Part shown: piece by piece, positions 28,406-38,162 of the stretch
How positions within the stretch are numbered: the stretch's first letter is position 1
How the letters are laid out: the number at the start of each line of letters is the position of its first letter
NCBI GenBank assembly: GCA_020631275.1
Contig: JAHDHO010000001.1
Location: forward strand, 10,160 to 65,235
DNA length: 55,076 nucleotides
Source of the DNA: Polaribacter sp.
Lineage (GTDB): Bacteria > Bacteroidota > Bacteroidia > Flavobacteriales > Flavobacteriaceae
Reading direction: 5' to 3'
Program-made: the position numbers and the translations under genes
The notes under the pieces: model-generated
Told to the model about the DNA's origin: nothing
Databases searched by the model: none
What the model saw: the letters and a program-made list of their open reading frames with translations, nothing else

Positions 28406-29468
28406 AATAGCACTTTTTTTAACTTTTATCCCTTTTGTGGCTTTTGCAAATACTGATGATAAGAAACACGAAAGAACAAAAACGATATCTAAAAGTTATG
28501 CTGTTAATGAGAATGCAAAAGTTATTATTAATAACAAATATGGCGATCTTAATATAACAACATGGAATAAAAACTCAGTAGAAATCGAAGTAAAAATTAC
28601 TGTAAAAGGTGATGACTTAGATGAAGTAGAATCTAAATTAAATTCTATAAAAATAGATTTTAATGCTACAAAATCTATGGTAGAAGCAGAAACAATTTTT
28701 GGCGAGAAGAAAAGTAACTGGTCTTGGTGGGGAAAAAGTAAAAACACCAATTATAAGGTAAATTATATCATTAAAATGCCAAAAACAAATGCTGTAGATT
28801 TAGACAACGATTACGGTAGTATTTATTTAGGAAACTTAATTGGCAACGCAGTTATTAACTGCGATTATGGTAAAATTTCTGTTGGGGAATTATCAGCAGA
28901 AAATAACGATATAAATTTAGATTACTGCTCATCTTCTACAATTGCTTACATGAAAAGCGGAGAAATAGATGCAGATTATTCTAAGCTTGTAATAGATAAT
29001 TCAGAAAATTTAAAAATAAATGCAGACTATTCTACAATTAAATTAGATAAAGCTAAAACTGTAGATTTTAATTTAGATTATGGTTCTATAACAATTAATG
29101 ATGCAGAAAATATAGACGGAAATTCTGATTATGTAGCTTTGCGTTTTGGCACGGTAAGAAAACAACTTTCTGTAAATACAGATTATGGTTCTTTAACAAT
29201 TAAAAATCTTAAAAAAGGGTTTGAAAAAATAGATATTACGGGTCAGTATACAGGAATTAAAATAACGGTTGAACCAAATATTTCTTTTATGTTTACTATA
29301 GATTTACAATATAGTGGTTTTAAAAGAGATGACGACAAAATAGAACTTTACAAAAGCATTTCTAAATCAACAAAAAAATATTACGAAGGTAAATACGGAT
29401 TAGGAAATTCAAACGCAAAAATAAACATCAATTCTCAATACGGAAGCGTTAGAATTGAAGAGAAATAA
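28389..29468 (+). CDS. DUF4097-like beta-strand-repeat periplasmic protein
   Basis: Signal peptide; INNKYGDLNITTW, repeated xDY(G/S)xI units. Confidence 0.75.
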   Translation: MKFIFKIALFLTFIPFVAFANTDDKKHERTKTISKSYAVNENAKVIINNKYGDLNITTWNKNSVEIEVKITVKGDDLDEVESKLNSIKIDFNATKSMVEAETIFGEKKSNWSWWGKSKNTNYKVNYIIKMPKTNAVDLDNDYGSIYLGNLIGNAVINCDYGKISVGELSAENNDINLDYCSSSTIAYMKSGEIDADYSKLVIDNSENLKINADYSTIKLDKAKTVDFNLDYGSITINDAENIDGNSDYVALRFGTVRKQLSVNTDYGSLTIKNLKKGFEKIDITGQYTGIKITVEPNISFMFTIDLQYSGFKRDDDKIELYKSISKSTKKYYEGKYGLGNSNAKININSQYGSVRIEEK

Positions 29469-29496
29469 AATAAAATCAACCCAAAAAACGAAAATC

Positions 29497-30231
29497 ATGT
29501 CAAAAAAAATAGCTCTAGCTTTTTTATTCTTATCACTAACTTTTTCTGTAAATGCACAAAATTGGTGGGGAAAAAGTGAAAAAATTAAAGGAAACGGAAA
29601 TGTTGTAACTGTTAAAAGAAGCACAAATAACTATAGAGGTATTGCTGCTGGTGGTTCTTTTGATGTTATTTTAATAAAAGGTACAGAAGGAAACCTTACA
29701 ATAGAAGGTGAGGAAAATATAATACCATACATAGAAACAGAAATTAATAACGGAATTTTAAAAATTAAATATAAAAAAAACACCAATATTAGAACAACAA
29801 AAAGGTTAACGGTTACGGTACCTTTTAAAGATATTGAAAGTGTTGCTTTAGGCGGTTCTGGTAATGTAATTAGTAAAGAAGTTATAAAATCTAATAATTT
29901 TAATGTAAGTCTTGGTGGTTCTGGTAATATCAACTTAAAAATAAACTCAGATGCTGTAAACACAAATATTGGTGGTTCTGGTAATATTGATTTAAAAGGA
30001 AATACCAACGAACTGCAATGCGCAATAGCAGGTTCTGGTAGTATCAAAGCTTATGATTTAACTACAGATGAAATCTCTGCAACAATTGCTGGTTCTGGTA
30101 GTATTAAGATTACAGTAAAAAATAAAATCAAAGCAAAACTAGTTGGCTCTGGTAGCATATATTACAAGGGAAACCCAAAACACATAGACAGTAAATCTGT
30201 TGGTTCTGGTAGCATCGTAGATAGAAATTAA
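29497..30231 (+). CDS. head GIN domain (DUF2807) protein
   Basis: Preferred ATG 29497; signal VNA-Q; IKGNGNV; repeated GSGxI; YYKGNP. Confidence 0.88.
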   Translation: MSKKIALAFLFLSLTFSVNAQNWWGKSEKIKGNGNVVTVKRSTNNYRGIAAGGSFDVILIKGTEGNLTIEGEENIIPYIETEINNGILKIKYKKNTNIRTTKRLTVTVPFKDIESVALGGSGNVISKEVIKSNNFNVSLGGSGNINLKINSDAVNTNIGGSGNIDLKGNTNELQCAIAGSGSIKAYDLTTDEISATIAGSGSIKITVKNKIKAKLVGSGSIYYKGNPKHIDSKSVGSGSIVDRN

Positions 30232-30246
30232 TAGAATTTTTAGTAT

Positions 30247-30285
30247 AAAAAAAAGCCAAAATGAAAATTCATTTTGGCTTTTTTT
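30247..30285. terminator. bidirectional intrinsic terminator
   Basis: AAAAAAAAGCCAAAATGAA-aa-TTCATTTTGGCTTTTTTT. Confidence 0.88.
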
Positions 30286-30300
30286 AATCTATTTTTATAC

Positions 30301-31476
30301 TTAATAATTTCTATATTGTTTGGTTTCTTCAAAAATATGATCTAATATTTTCTGGTCTTTCTCATCAAAAACTAAACTTCTTCTTTTCATTACAGCAGTT
30401 ACTACCTCATACACTTTTTTCATTTGAAAGGTTGTAAAACCAGCTGCACCACCCCAACTAAAAGATGGTACAAAATTTCTAGGAAAACCGCTGCCAAATA
30501 AATTTGCACTTACACCAACAACAGTACCTGTGTTAAACATTGTATTAATTCCGCATTTAGAATGATCTCCCATCATTAATCCGCAAAATTGTAAACCTGT
30601 TTTCGCAAAACGACCAGACTCATAACTCCAAAGTTTTACTTCTGCATAATTATTTTTAAGGTTAGAATTGTTTGTGTCTGCACCTAAATTACACCATTCG
30701 CCTAAAACAGAATTCCCTAAATATCCATCGTGCCCTTTACTAGAATAGCCAAATATAACAGAGTTACTTACCTCTCCTCCTATCTTAGAAAAAGGACCAA
30801 TTGTAGTGTCTTTGTATATTTTTGCACCCATTTTTACAACTGCATTATTACACATTGCAAAAGGACCTCTAATGTTAGAACTTTCCATAATCAAAGCATC
30901 TTTACCAATATAAATTGGTCCTTCGGATGCGTTTAATGTAGCAAAAATAACTTTTGCTCCTTCTTCTATAAAAATATTATCTTTATTTAAAACTTGAACT
31001 CCTTCTGGAATTGGTGCTGAAGTTTTTCCTTCTGTAATCAGTTTAAAATCTTGCTTAATAGCTTCTCCATTAAGCGTAAAAATATCCCAAGTATTTTTAA
31101 CATGAATTACATCTTCATTAAAATCTATTTGCATGTATTGCTCAAAATCTACTTCTTCTTGCGAATCTGTGGTATAGAACGCAATTACATTATCTCCTTT
31201 AAAAATTGCTTCGTTCTCAGAAAGATTTTTAATTTTTTCTACTAAAGATTCAGTTGGACAAAAAGAAGCATTTATTAAAATGTTTTTTTCCATTTCTACC
31301 ATCGGAAATTTTTCTTCTAAATATTCCTCTGTTATAGTTGTTGTAGTTAAACCTAAGTGTTTTTCCCATTTTTCTCGAATGGTTAAAATTCCTATTCTAA
31401 TATCTGCAACAGGTCTTGTATATGTAAAAGGTAATAATGATTGTCTTGCATCACTATCAAATAAAATGTAGTTCAT
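30301..31476 (-). CDS. GlmU-like sugar nucleotidyl/acetyltransferase (Bacteroidota type)
   Basis: LLPFTYTRPVADIRIGILTIREKW, hexapeptide repeats, KGHDGYLGNS, NLGADTNNSNLKN. The -7 element at 31498-31505 favours ATG 31476. Confidence 0.88.
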   Translation of the reverse strand: MNYILFDSDARQSLLPFTYTRPVADIRIGILTIREKWEKHLGLTTTTITEEYLEEKFPMVEMEKNILINASFCPTESLVEKIKNLSENEAIFKGDNVIAFYTTDSQEEVDFEQYMQIDFNEDVIHVKNTWDIFTLNGEAIKQDFKLITEGKTSAPIPEGVQVLNKDNIFIEEGAKVIFATLNASEGPIYIGKDALIMESSNIRGPFAMCNNAVVKMGAKIYKDTTIGPFSKIGGEVSNSVIFGYSSKGHDGYLGNSVLGEWCNLGADTNNSNLKNNYAEVKLWSYESGRFAKTGLQFCGLMMGDHSKCGINTMFNTGTVVGVSANLFGSGFPRNFVPSFSWGGAAGFTTFQMKKVYEVVTAVMKRRSLVFDEKDQKILDHIFEETKQYRNY

Positions 31477-31623
31477 TTTGCTTTTTTTTGAAGTACACAA
31501 ATTTACTGTAAATAGATTACAAAAAAAACTGATTCTTATAAATCACTACTATATAAAGCTTGTTTATCGTAAAATCCTTTAAAAATTAATAATTACTAAA
31601 ATTTAGATTTGTATTTTTGATTT

Positions 31624-31995
31624 ATGAAAAAAATTTTAGGCGTTTTAATATCTAGTGCAATAATACTAACTGTGTTGTATTATGTATTTATTTACTTTGT
31701 AACTTATAGTACAGGTGTAAGATCTGGCGAATTGATAAAAATTAGTAGAAAAGGAGTTCTAGTAAAAACTTGGGAAGGAGAAATTAGTCAAGGAATTTCT
31801 GGAGCACAAATTTTTGCTTTTTCTGTTGAAGATAAAAACAAAAAAGTTATTGAAGATTTACAGAAGCATCAAGGTAAATATGTAAAACTATCTTATAAAG
31901 AACGTTACACATCTTTCTTTTGGTTAGGCGATACCAAATACTTTATTACAGAAGTAACAAGAGAAGATTCACCACATTTTAGAGGAAAAAATTAA
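31624..31995 (+). CDS. conserved hypothetical membrane-anchored protein
   Basis: N-terminal TM; YSTGVRSGELIKISRKG...KTWEG...FSV...W.GDTKYF. Confidence 0.75.
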   Translation: MKKILGVLISSAIILTVLYYVFIYFVTYSTGVRSGELIKISRKGVLVKTWEGEISQGISGAQIFAFSVEDKNKKVIEDLQKHQGKYVKLSYKERYTSFFWLGDTKYFITEVTREDSPHFRGKN

Positions 31996-32002
31996 CGGCA
32001 TT

Positions 32003-32551
32003 ATGAAAAAATTTAAAAGTATAGAAGAATCTCAATTAACAATAACAGAGTTAATGCTGCCTTCGCACTCTAATTTTAGTGGAAAAATTCATGGTGGTCA
32101 TATTCTAAACTTAATGGATCAAATAGCATTTGCATGCGCATCTAAACACTCTAGTAATTATTGTGTAACTGCATCTGTAAATAAAGTAGATTTTTTAAAT
32201 CCTATAGAGGTTGGTGAGCTACTTACACTTAAAGCATCTGTAAATTATACTGGTAGAACCTCTATGGTTGTTGGTTTACGTGTAGAATCTGAAAACATTA
32301 GAACCGGTGAAAAAAAGCATTGTAACTCTTCTTACTTTACTATGGTAGCAAAAGATGAAAATGGAAAAAGTACACCAGTACCCGGAATTATTTTAACATG
32401 TAAAGACGAAATTAGACGTTATGCAAGGTCTATTATTCGTCAAAAAGAAGGTAGAAATAGAACTTCTAGATTTAGTAGTAATTCTTTTAAAACGGAAGAT
32501 TATTTAGAATTGTTAGCACAAAGTAACTCTAAAATCGAATTGAAAGATTAG
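32003..32551 (+). CDS. acyl-CoA thioesterase (hotdog fold, YciA-like)
   Basis: MLPSHSNFSGKIHGG...MDQIA, VTASV..VDF, GRTSM. Confidence 0.92.
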   Translation: MKKFKSIEESQLTITELMLPSHSNFSGKIHGGHILNLMDQIAFACASKHSSNYCVTASVNKVDFLNPIEVGELLTLKASVNYTGRTSMVVGLRVESENIRTGEKKHCNSSYFTMVAKDENGKSTPVPGIILTCKDEIRRYARSIIRQKEGRNRTSRFSSNSFKTEDYLELLAQSNSKIELKD

Positions 32552-32593
32552 GTATTTATATTTTTTATAAATGTTGATTATAATATAAGATCA

Positions 32594-33187
32594 CTATTCT
32601 TTAGGCTTATAAATTACAATTATTTGAATAACGATTGCTAAAAAGATTAGAATATAAATTTCTAATTGAGTAAACAACTCTACAGTATCAATTGCCTTTT
32701 TACTAATAGACATTTGCCTACCTCCTTCGTTTAATTGAATTTTAGATAATTGGTATAAATTCTCTTTAACTCTTATTATAGCCTTTTCTAAACCTTTATT
32801 ATTATCAAATTTATTTTTTATTAGCAATAATTCTAAATCGTTTACATTTTTAAGATTTTGTTTTAAATTATTAAAAACTTTAACTTCTTTAGCAGTTAGC
32901 TTTGTTTCTTCGTACTTTAAAATATTATTTTGTAAATCTTTGTTTATTTTTTTGTTTTCGGTTAAGAAAAAAACGGAGTCCGATTTTATGCTTGCCAATT
33001 CTTTTTCTTGAATAGCTTTAGACATTTCAAAAATCAAATCATTCACAACAAGTCTGTCTTCATAAATTGTAACCACAGAATCTTTAACACGTAAAAAATT
33101 ATTTCTATCGATTAAATTTGTTGCAACAATTAGCACAAAAACCATTAGAATACCTAAAACCCATTTTACTTTATCATAGAATGCCAT
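32594..33187 (-). CDS. stand-alone MCP four-helix-bundle sensor-domain protein
   Basis: TM - TIYEDRL...YEETKLT..E...LSKIQL.EG - TM, then only a 4-5 aa tail. Confidence 0.75.
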   Translation of the reverse strand: MAFYDKVKWVLGILMVFVLIVATNLIDRNNFLRVKDSVVTIYEDRLVVNDLIFEMSKAIQEKELASIKSDSVFFLTENKKINKDLQNNILKYEETKLTAKEVKVFNNLKQNLKNVNDLELLLIKNKFDNNKGLEKAIIRVKENLYQLSKIQLNEGGRQMSISKKAIDTVELFTQLEIYILIFLAIVIQIIVIYKPKE

Positions 33188-33378
33188 AATTTGTTTTTTT
33201 TTAGAAACTTATAAATCTAATATAAAAAATGACTCTAAAATATCCTAGATTTTTAACATGAATCTAAAGGGATGCATTATTAGATTTTGAATAAATCATT
33301 TTATTAAAAAAAACTCACTAATTGATTTCACTTAATCAATAATTAATTTTGATGTACATTTGAATATAGTTTTACAAA

Positions 33379-34512
33379 ATGTTCAAAAAATTTTTTAAAA
33401 GCATAATGATAATATTTTTCTCTATCATTGGTTTACTAGTTATTACTTACTTTTTGGTAACAAAATTCTATCCTAGTTTTGGTGGTGACGTTTCTAAAAA
33501 AGAGCAATTAGTTTATCAGAAATCAAAACAATTTAAAAACGGTAAATTTAATAATGTGAACCCGGTTCCTAAAAATTTAGGATTTCCTGATAATATAAAA
33601 TTAGTTTACAACTTTTTTACAACAAAAGTAGAAAATGGTCGCCCAAAAGAAGATTTAAAACCCATAAAAACAGACTCTTTGAGTATTGCCAACTATAAAG
33701 GCGAAGCAAGATTAATTTGGTTTGGGCATTCTTCTTTTTTGTTACAAATAGAAGGTAAAACAATTTTATTAGACCCAATGTTTGGTAAAGTTGCTGCGCC
33801 TCTTTCGTTTTTAGGTGCAAATAGATTTAATACTGATTTTCCTTTAGAAATAGAAAAACTACCTAAAATTGATGCTGTCATTTTCTCTCATGATCATTAC
33901 GATCACCTAGATTATGAAACAGTTTTAAAAATTAAAGAGAAAACAAATCACTTTTATGTTCCGTTAGGGCTTAGTGTTCATTTGAAGTCTTGGGGAATTT
34001 CTAAAGATAAAATTTCTGAATTAGATTGGTGGGATGAAATAATGTTTAACAACTTAAAATTAGTGTGTACACCAGCGCAACATTTTTCTGGAAGAAAAAT
34101 GAACAATGGGCAAAGTACTTTATGGTGTTCTTGGATTATTCAGTCGAAATCTGAAAACATTTATTTTAGCGGAGATAGTGGTTATGCAAAACATTTTAAA
34201 GAAATAGGCGAGAAATATGGCCCATTTGATATTGCTCTAATGGAATGTGGGCAGTACAATAAAATGTGGGCAAATATACATATGATGCCAGAAGAAACTG
34301 CTTTAGCAGGTTTAGATTTAAATGCCGATAAAATAATGCCAATACATTGGGCCGGATTTAAATTGGCTTTACATAGCTGGAAAGATCCAATAATTAGAGT
34401 AACTGCAAAAGCAAAAGAATTAAACTTACCAATTATAACACCAAAAATAGGAGAAGAAATTTTAGTTAAAGAAACTGCATCAACATATAGTAATTGGTGG
34501 CAAAATCTTTAG
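33379..34512 (+). CDS. MBL-fold hydrolase (RomA/NAPE-PLD-like)
   Basis: WFGHSS, SHDHYDHLD, PAQHFSGR, YFSGDSGY, ECGQY, IHMMPE, PIHW. Confidence 0.92.
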   Translation: MFKKFFKSIMIIFFSIIGLLVITYFLVTKFYPSFGGDVSKKEQLVYQKSKQFKNGKFNNVNPVPKNLGFPDNIKLVYNFFTTKVENGRPKEDLKPIKTDSLSIANYKGEARLIWFGHSSFLLQIEGKTILLDPMFGKVAAPLSFLGANRFNTDFPLEIEKLPKIDAVIFSHDHYDHLDYETVLKIKEKTNHFYVPLGLSVHLKSWGISKDKISELDWWDEIMFNNLKLVCTPAQHFSGRKMNNGQSTLWCSWIIQSKSENIYFSGDSGYAKHFKEIGEKYGPFDIALMECGQYNKMWANIHMMPEETALAGLDLNADKIMPIHWAGFKLALHSWKDPIIRVTAKAKELNLPIITPKIGEEILVKETASTYSNWWQNL

Positions 34513-34529
34513 AAAAACTTTATCAAAAT

Positions 34530-34561
34530 AAAAAAGCCTCTCTAAATTAGAGAGGCTTTTT
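34530..34561. terminator. bidirectional intrinsic terminator
   Basis: AAAAAAGCCTCTCTAA-a-TTAGAGAGGCTTTTT. Confidence 0.88.
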
Positions 34562-34562
34562 A

Positions 34563-37016
34563 TTAAACTAACTTTTTGGCATTACTTACTTTTTGCTTTG
34601 TAAGTGCAATTTCTATTACTTGCTTCATATCAGAAACATAATGAAATGTTAAGCCTTTTAAATAACTTTCTTTTATTTCTAGGATATCTTTTCTGTTGTC
34701 TTCACATAAAATTATCTCTTTAATATTGGCTCTTTTTGCTGCCAATATTTTTTCTTTAATTCCGCCAACAGGTAATACTTTTCCTCTTAAAGTTATTTCA
34801 CCAGTCATGGCTAATTTATTTTTAACTTTACGCTGAGTAAAAGAAGAAATTAAAGAAGTTAACATTGTAATACCTGCACTTGGTCCGTCTTTTGGTGTTG
34901 CACCTTCTGGCACGTGTACGTGTACATTGTATTTTTCGATAATTTCTGGTTTAATTCCAAATTCTTCTGCATTAGCCTTTATATATTGCAATGCAATTGT
35001 TGCCGATTCTTTCATTACATTTCCTAGATTACCTGTAATAGAAAGATTTCCTTTTCCTTTAGATAAAATAGATTCTATAAATAAAATATCTCCACCAACT
35101 TGTGTCCAAGCTAAACCTGTTACAACACCTGCAACATCATTGTTTTCAAACTTATCTCGGTTTCTTGGTGTTCCTAAAATTTCTTCAATTTTTTCTGATG
35201 ACAAAGCAATGTCGTATGCTTCTTCTAAAGCTATTGATTTAGCAGCAAAACGTACCACTTTGGCAACTTTTTTCTCTAAACCTCTTACACCAGATTCTCT
35301 TGTATAACCTTCTACAATTTGCTCTAATTGTTTTTTACCAAGCTTTAAATCTTTAGTAGTTAAACCGTGTTCTTTTAACTGCTTTGGTAATAAATGTCTT
35401 TTTGCAATTTCTACTTTCTCTTCTATTGTATAACCTGTAACATTAATCAATTCCATTCTATCTCTTAAAGCCCACGGAATTTGACCAATATTATTAGCAG
35501 TTGCAATAAATAAGATTTTAGATAAATCGTAACCAACTTCTAAATAATTATCATAAAAAGATTCGTTTTGCTCTGGATCTAATACTTCTAACATTGCAGA
35601 AGAAGGATCACCTTGATGACTTTGCCCTAGCTTATCAATTTCATCTAATACAAATACCGGATTCGAAGTTCCTGATTTTTTTAAATTCTGAATTAAACGA
35701 CCTGGCATTGCACCAATATAAGTTTTTCTATGCCCTCTAATTTCGGCCTCATCTCTTAAACCACCTAAAGACATTCTTACATATTTTCTACCTAAGGCTT
35801 CTGCAATAGATTTTCCTAAAGAAGTTTTACCAACTCCCGGAGGCCCATACAAACAAATAATCGGAGACTTCATATCTCCTCTTAATTTTAAAACCGCCAA
35901 ATGCTCTATAATTCTTTCTTTAACCTTTTCTAAACCAAAATGATCTCTATCTAAAACTTTAGTTGCATGTTTTAAATCGAATTTATCTTCAGAATAAATT
36001 CCCCAAGGCAATTCTAACAACAATTCTAAGTAACTTCTTTGAACACCGTATTCTGCTGCTTGCGGATTCATTCGCTTTAATCGGTTGATTTCTTTCTCGA
36101 ACGTATCTGCAACTTCTTTAGACCATTTTTTAGTTTTGGCTTGCTTTCGCATTTCTTCTAATTCTTGATCGTTAGAAGCACCACCTAATTCTTCTTGAAT
36201 GGTTTTTAATTGCTGATGTAAATAATATTCTCTTTGTTGTTGATCTAAATCTTCTCTTGTTTTAGACTGAATATCATTACGCAATTTTAATTTCTGAAGT
36301 TCTTTATTAAGGTTTTTTAACGCTAATAAAGCACGTTCTTTAAGATTATCTTTTTCTAAAATAACTTGTTTTTGCGCAACTGTTAAATCCATGTTAGAGG
36401 AAATAAAGTTTACTAAAAACGAATTAGATTTGATATTTTTTATTGCAAAAGATGCTTCAGATGGCAACATTGGGTTTTCTTTAATTACCTCTAATGCTTG
36501 CTCTTTAATACCGTCTATTATTGCATTAAACTCCTTTACATCATCTACATCCTTATCTTCTATCGCTTCTTTTACAGTTGCTTTTAAATACGGTTTTTCT
36601 TCTATTATTGTATCAATTTCAAAACGTTTTTTACCCTGAATAATAACCGTTGTATTACCATCTGGCATTTTTAAAACGCGTAAAATTTGCGCAACAACAC
36701 CCGTTGTATGTATATCTTTTAAGCCTGGTTCTTCTACATCTTCATTACGTTGTGCAACTACACCAATAACTTTATCGCCTTTATTTGCGTCTTTTATTAA
36801 CTGAATCGATTTATCTCTACCAGCGGTAATAGGAATTACAACTCCAGGAAATAATACTGTATTTCTTAAAGGTAATATTGGTAAAATCTCTGGTACACTC
36901 TCATTGTTTATAATTTCTTCATCTTCTGGCGTCATTAAAGGAATCAATTCTGAATCTTCATTTAACATGCTATTAAGCGACAAATTGTCTATTCTAACTA
37001 CTTTTGGTTTGCTCAT
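34563..37016 (-). CDS. lon: Lon protease (endopeptidase La)
   Basis: [43 protein letters not shown]. Confidence 0.98.
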   Translation of the reverse strand: MSKPKVVRIDNLSLNSMLNEDSELIPLMTPEDEEIINNESVPEILPILPLRNTVLFPGVVIPITAGRDKSIQLIKDANKGDKVIGVVAQRNEDVEEPGLKDIHTTGVVAQILRVLKMPDGNTTVIIQGKKRFEIDTIIEEKPYLKATVKEAIEDKDVDDVKEFNAIIDGIKEQALEVIKENPMLPSEASFAIKNIKSNSFLVNFISSNMDLTVAQKQVILEKDNLKERALLALKNLNKELQKLKLRNDIQSKTREDLDQQQREYYLHQQLKTIQEELGGASNDQELEEMRKQAKTKKWSKEVADTFEKEINRLKRMNPQAAEYGVQRSYLELLLELPWGIYSEDKFDLKHATKVLDRDHFGLEKVKERIIEHLAVLKLRGDMKSPIICLYGPPGVGKTSLGKSIAEALGRKYVRMSLGGLRDEAEIRGHRKTYIGAMPGRLIQNLKKSGTSNPVFVLDEIDKLGQSHQGDPSSAMLEVLDPEQNESFYDNYLEVGYDLSKILFIATANNIGQIPWALRDRMELINVTGYTIEEKVEIAKRHLLPKQLKEHGLTTKDLKLGKKQLEQIVEGYTRESGVRGLEKKVAKVVRFAAKSIALEEAYDIALSSEKIEEILGTPRNRDKFENNDVAGVVTGLAWTQVGGDILFIESILSKGKGNLSITGNLGNVMKESATIALQYIKANAEEFGIKPEIIEKYNVHVHVPEGATPKDGPSAGITMLTSLISSFTQRKVKNKLAMTGEITLRGKVLPVGGIKEKILAAKRANIKEIILCEDNRKDILEIKESYLKGLTFHYVSDMKQVIEIALTKQKVSNAKKLV

Positions 37017-37028
37017 CTTCTATATATC

Positions 37029-37041
37029 TGTCATACTGACA
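37029..37041. promoter_or_regulatory. inverted repeat TGTCA-N3-TGACA in the lon leader
   Basis: TGTCATACTGACA, 12 nt upstream of the lon ATG. Confidence 0.45.
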
Positions 37042-37144
37042 TTTGTTTTTATTTCACTAAAAACAAATACCAAATTTCTTATTACTAATTTATTGAAAAT
37101 CAATATTTTAAAATTTAAAACATTGCATTTTCTACTTATAAAAG

Positions 37145-37159
37145 TCAATTGTTGTGCCA
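37145..37159 (-). promoter_or_regulatory. sigma54-type promoter for lon
   Basis: Minus strand TGGCACAACAATTGA versus consensus TGGCAC-N5-TTGC. Confidence 0.6.
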
Positions 37160-37184
37160 AAGGATATTTGCGCTGTAAAAACTA

Positions 37185-38162
37185 TTACGATTGGTAAATT
37201 AAACCAATCGAATTCCGAACCTCATCTAAGGTTTTAATTAAAGTTTTAGAAAAATCAAAAGTCATAATATCACTTTGTTTTTTACCTTCTCTTAAAAGTT
37301 GATTAAAGTGTTCTATCTCGAAACTAAAACCAATAGTTTTGTAATTAAAATCGATAATTTCTTCTTTATCATCTAAGAAAACACTTACAGTTGTAGGCTC
37401 GTGAAAACGCGTGTTTATTTTAACAATAGATTTCTCGAATGTAAAAATTGCTTCTGTTGGTGTTTCCTTTAAGAAAGTACTTTTTAAAGATGCCTTTGCA
37501 TTTTTATAATTAAAAGTCATATGGCATTCAGAATCTGCTCCGTTCTCAAAAAATGTTGCCTTTGCATTAATTTTTTCTGGTAAACCTAGTGTTGATAATG
37601 CAGTAAAAATTGGATATATTCCTATATCTAATAAAGACCCTCCACCAACTTCTTTCTTAAACAACCTGCTAGACTCATCAAAAGGTGTCATAAAACCGAA
37701 ATCTGCTTTTAACTCTAAAAGTTTCCCAAACTTCTCTTTTTTAATCAGTTCTAAAACATATCTGTAATGTGGTAAAAAGTTTGTCCATAAACCTTCCATT
37801 AGCAGTACATTTTGCTCTTTAGCAACAGAAATCATTTTAGAAACCTCTTCTAAATTCATAGCAAAAGGTTTTTCACACAAAACAGCTTTATTATTTTGTA
37901 AACACAGTATTGTGTGCTCTTTATGAAAACTATGTGGTGTTGCTATATATACCGCATCAAGATCATCATCTTGTGCCAATTTAAAATAAGAATCGTATGC
38001 TTTTTTAACATTAAATTTCTTAGAAAATTCATTTGCTTTGTCTTGGCTTCTAGATGCTACTGCTACCAATTCGGCGTCTTTAACCGTAGCTAAATCTGCA
38101 GCAAACTTATTTGCTATTTTTCCTGGACCAATAATCCCCCATTTTATAATCTTATTTTTCAT
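37185..38162 (-). CDS. Gfo/Idh/MocA oxidoreductase
   Basis: Preferred ATG 38162; WGIIGPGKIA, YIATPHSFH, VLCEKP, GGGSLLDIGIYP. Confidence 0.93.
   Translation of the reverse strand: MKNKIIKWGIIGPGKIANKFAADLATVKDAELVAVASRSQDKANEFSKKFNVKKAYDSYFKLAQDDDLDAVYIATPHSFHKEHTILCLQNNKAVLCEKPFAMNLEEVSKMISVAKEQNVLLMEGLWTNFLPHYRYVLELIKKEKFGKLLELKADFGFMTPFDESSRLFKKEVGGGSLLDIGIYPIFTALSTLGLPEKINAKATFFENGADSECHMTFNYKNAKASLKSTFLKETPTEAIFTFEKSIVKINTRFHEPTTVSVFLDDKEEIIDFNYKTIGFSFEIEHFNQLLREGKKQSDIMTFDFSKTLIKTLDEVRNSIGLIYQS

Noticed and set aside
29850-30215. Repeated GGTTCTGGTA units as CRISPR or DNA repeat array
   Set aside because: They encode the GSG turns of the GIN beta-solenoid; in-frame, degenerate and too short for CRISPR repeats.
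31624-31995. 6-phosphogluconate dehydrogenase label often given to this family
   Set aside because: 123 aa with an N-terminal TM and no Rossmann motif.
36904-37197. 97-aa plus-strand ORF across the lon leader
   Set aside because: Antisense to the lon start and promoter; AT-biased composition without motifs.
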